IMG/VR virus record: IMGVR_UViG_2582581022_000009
Strand: one strand, 5' to 3'
Length of the DNA stretch: 15,216 nucleotides
Source of the DNA: a virus
Taxonomy: Duplodnaviria; Heunggongvirae; Uroviricota; Caudoviricetes
Position numbers and translations under genes: made by a program. Each line of letters opens with the position of its first letter. Within the stretch, counting starts at the first letter, position 1. Under the pieces are notes generated by a model. The model ran no database searches. It saw only the letters and a list, made by a program, of their open reading frames with translations, and had not been told where the DNA came from. Shown here one piece after another: positions 14,224 through 15,216 of the stretch.

Positions 14224-14352
14224 ATGGATTTCGACACAATCATGGAAAAGGCTTACGAAGAATACTTCGATGGTCTTGCCGAAGGCGAAGAAGCTCTCAG
14301 CTTCAGTGAATTTAAACAGGCGCTTTCCAGTTCGGGAAAATCTAACGGCTGA
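14224..14352 (+). CDS. Small hypothetical protein (42 aa), not in the supplied ORF track
   Basis: ATG 1 nt after the preceding stop; MDFDTIMEKAYEEYFDGLAEGEEALSFSEFKQALSSSGKSNG; RBS-like GGTGAG upstream. Confidence 0.45.
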   Translation: MDFDTIMEKAYEEYFDGLAEGEEALSFSEFKQALSSSGKSNG

Positions 14353-14381
14353 TAAGCGAAACAGCACCGCGAGGAATCAGT

Positions 14382-14600
14382 ATGCAGAAACGAGAACCCG
14401 TCATCATCGCGCCAGACTATACCGATGATGAACTTTATGAGTGGATGCGCCAGAAAATTAATGCAGTGCAGGATCTGAAATGGGCCAATGAAGCCAGGAC
14501 TAAGCAGGCTGAAAATCTGTCCGCTCTGGAGCAGGATATCACCAGGCTGGAAAAAGCAGCGGCATTAAGCATTGCCAGAATGGTTACATACCCACGTTAA
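14382..14600 (+). CDS. Hypothetical early protein (72 aa)
   Basis: GAGGAA RBS 7 nt upstream; MQKREPVIIAPDYTDDELYEWMRQKINAVQDLKWANEARTKQAENLSALEQDITRLEKAAALSIARMVTYPR. Confidence 0.55.
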   Translation: MQKREPVIIAPDYTDDELYEWMRQKINAVQDLKWANEARTKQAENLSALEQDITRLEKAAALSIARMVTYPR

Positions 14601-14622
14601 TAGCTAACCAACGAGGCTAATA

Positions 14623-15024
14623 ATGGAATTTAAAGATTTACCAATGCCATTCCAGGAAATGGCAGCGAATGTGATTCGCTCTCAACTGGCGACTCTTGAC
14701 CTGAGTACTGTAGAAAAGGAAACCATCGATACTATATCCGGTAACGTGCGTCGTGCCTTTATAGGTCTGTATGAAGAGAAGCGCCTATTCGGCGGACAGA
14801 ATTCGCCTGAAAACAAGAATCAAGCAAATGATGAGAAGCTGAAACACATTATCGCCTTACTTTTGGAAGACGCAAAACGTCTACAGCAACTGGAACCAAA
14901 TGCAGGCACAGAGGCCCGCATTTGGATTGCCATGAAATCACTCAAATGTGAAAGCAGTGATTATTTCAAAACAACAATTAAAACTACTCAACTTTCGGGA
15001 GAGCTACTGAAGAAATTGCCATAA
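14623..15024 (+). CDS. Hypothetical early protein (133 aa)
   Basis: ACGAGG RBS upstream of ATG 14623; no recognisable domain. Confidence 0.55.
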   Translation: MEFKDLPMPFQEMAANVIRSQLATLDLSTVEKETIDTISGNVRRAFIGLYEEKRLFGGQNSPENKNQANDEKLKHIIALLLEDAKRLQQLEPNAGTEARIWIAMKSLKCESSDYFKTTIKTTQLSGELLKKLP

Positions 15025-15216
15025 GAGCATGGTCTTTCTCTTGTTCTGCAAGATGAGCATTAATACCTGGTATGGTTTTTTCAAATTTATCTATCTGTTG
15101 AATAACAACTTCGCGGTATACGTTTGTTTTTGTACCACCAAGCGCAGCCGTTAATGCAGAAAGCATATTTAGTATCATATCAGTGCGATATGAAAGAATC
15201 CTGATAGCTTCATCTT

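Noticed and set aside
14027-14428. ORFs 14027-14239 and 14170-14367 (minus) and 14219-14428 (plus)
   Set aside because: They overlap the two RBS-supported micro-genes in wrong frames or antisense; the 14219 ORF starts within the preceding stop region and lacks an RBS.
14984-15178. Minus-strand 64-aa ORF at the right edge
   Set aside because: No RBS upstream of its ATG and it overlaps the 3' end of the plus-strand 133-aa gene; cannot be supported or excluded from this window, so not reported as a feature.
1-15216. tRNA, rRNA or attachment-site core
   Set aside because: No cloverleaf-like conserved tRNA features or rRNA-like stretches were recognised, and no integrase gene lies in the window to anchor an att site.

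Overview
This window reads as a mosaic, defective lambdoid prophage segment of the enterobacterial Qin/Rac/e14 type, annotated here from sequence and recalled protein families only (no database search was run). From left to right: (i) the 3' end of a side tail fibre gene inside a DNA-inversion host-range switch with three homologous variable cassettes, one tail fibre assembly gene and a Pin/Gin-family invertase (1-3027); (ii) a minus-strand early-right operon running from a Cro-like gene at ~13.2 kb down to rusA at ~3.2 kb, carrying YdaT-like, O-like (with iterons) and P-like replication genes, two hypothetical genes, an IS2-like insertion, a QueH/DUF208-like gene, hokD-like toxin, an AT-rich two-gene cassette, and nin-region genes (DUF968, RusA); (iii) a divergent immunity region with a plus-strand repressor lacking a recognisable autoprotease domain (13352-13813), followed by small early-left genes. 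No Q antiterminator, lysis, head or integrase genes lie in the window, and the invertase abuts the nin region directly. The strongest candidate for an undescribed system is the AT-rich cassette at 5261-7074: an unknown 216-aa protein plus an XRE-HTH/ImmA-IrrE-type metallopeptidase fusion, with its own promoter and flanked by a duplicated 20-bp terminator hairpin.
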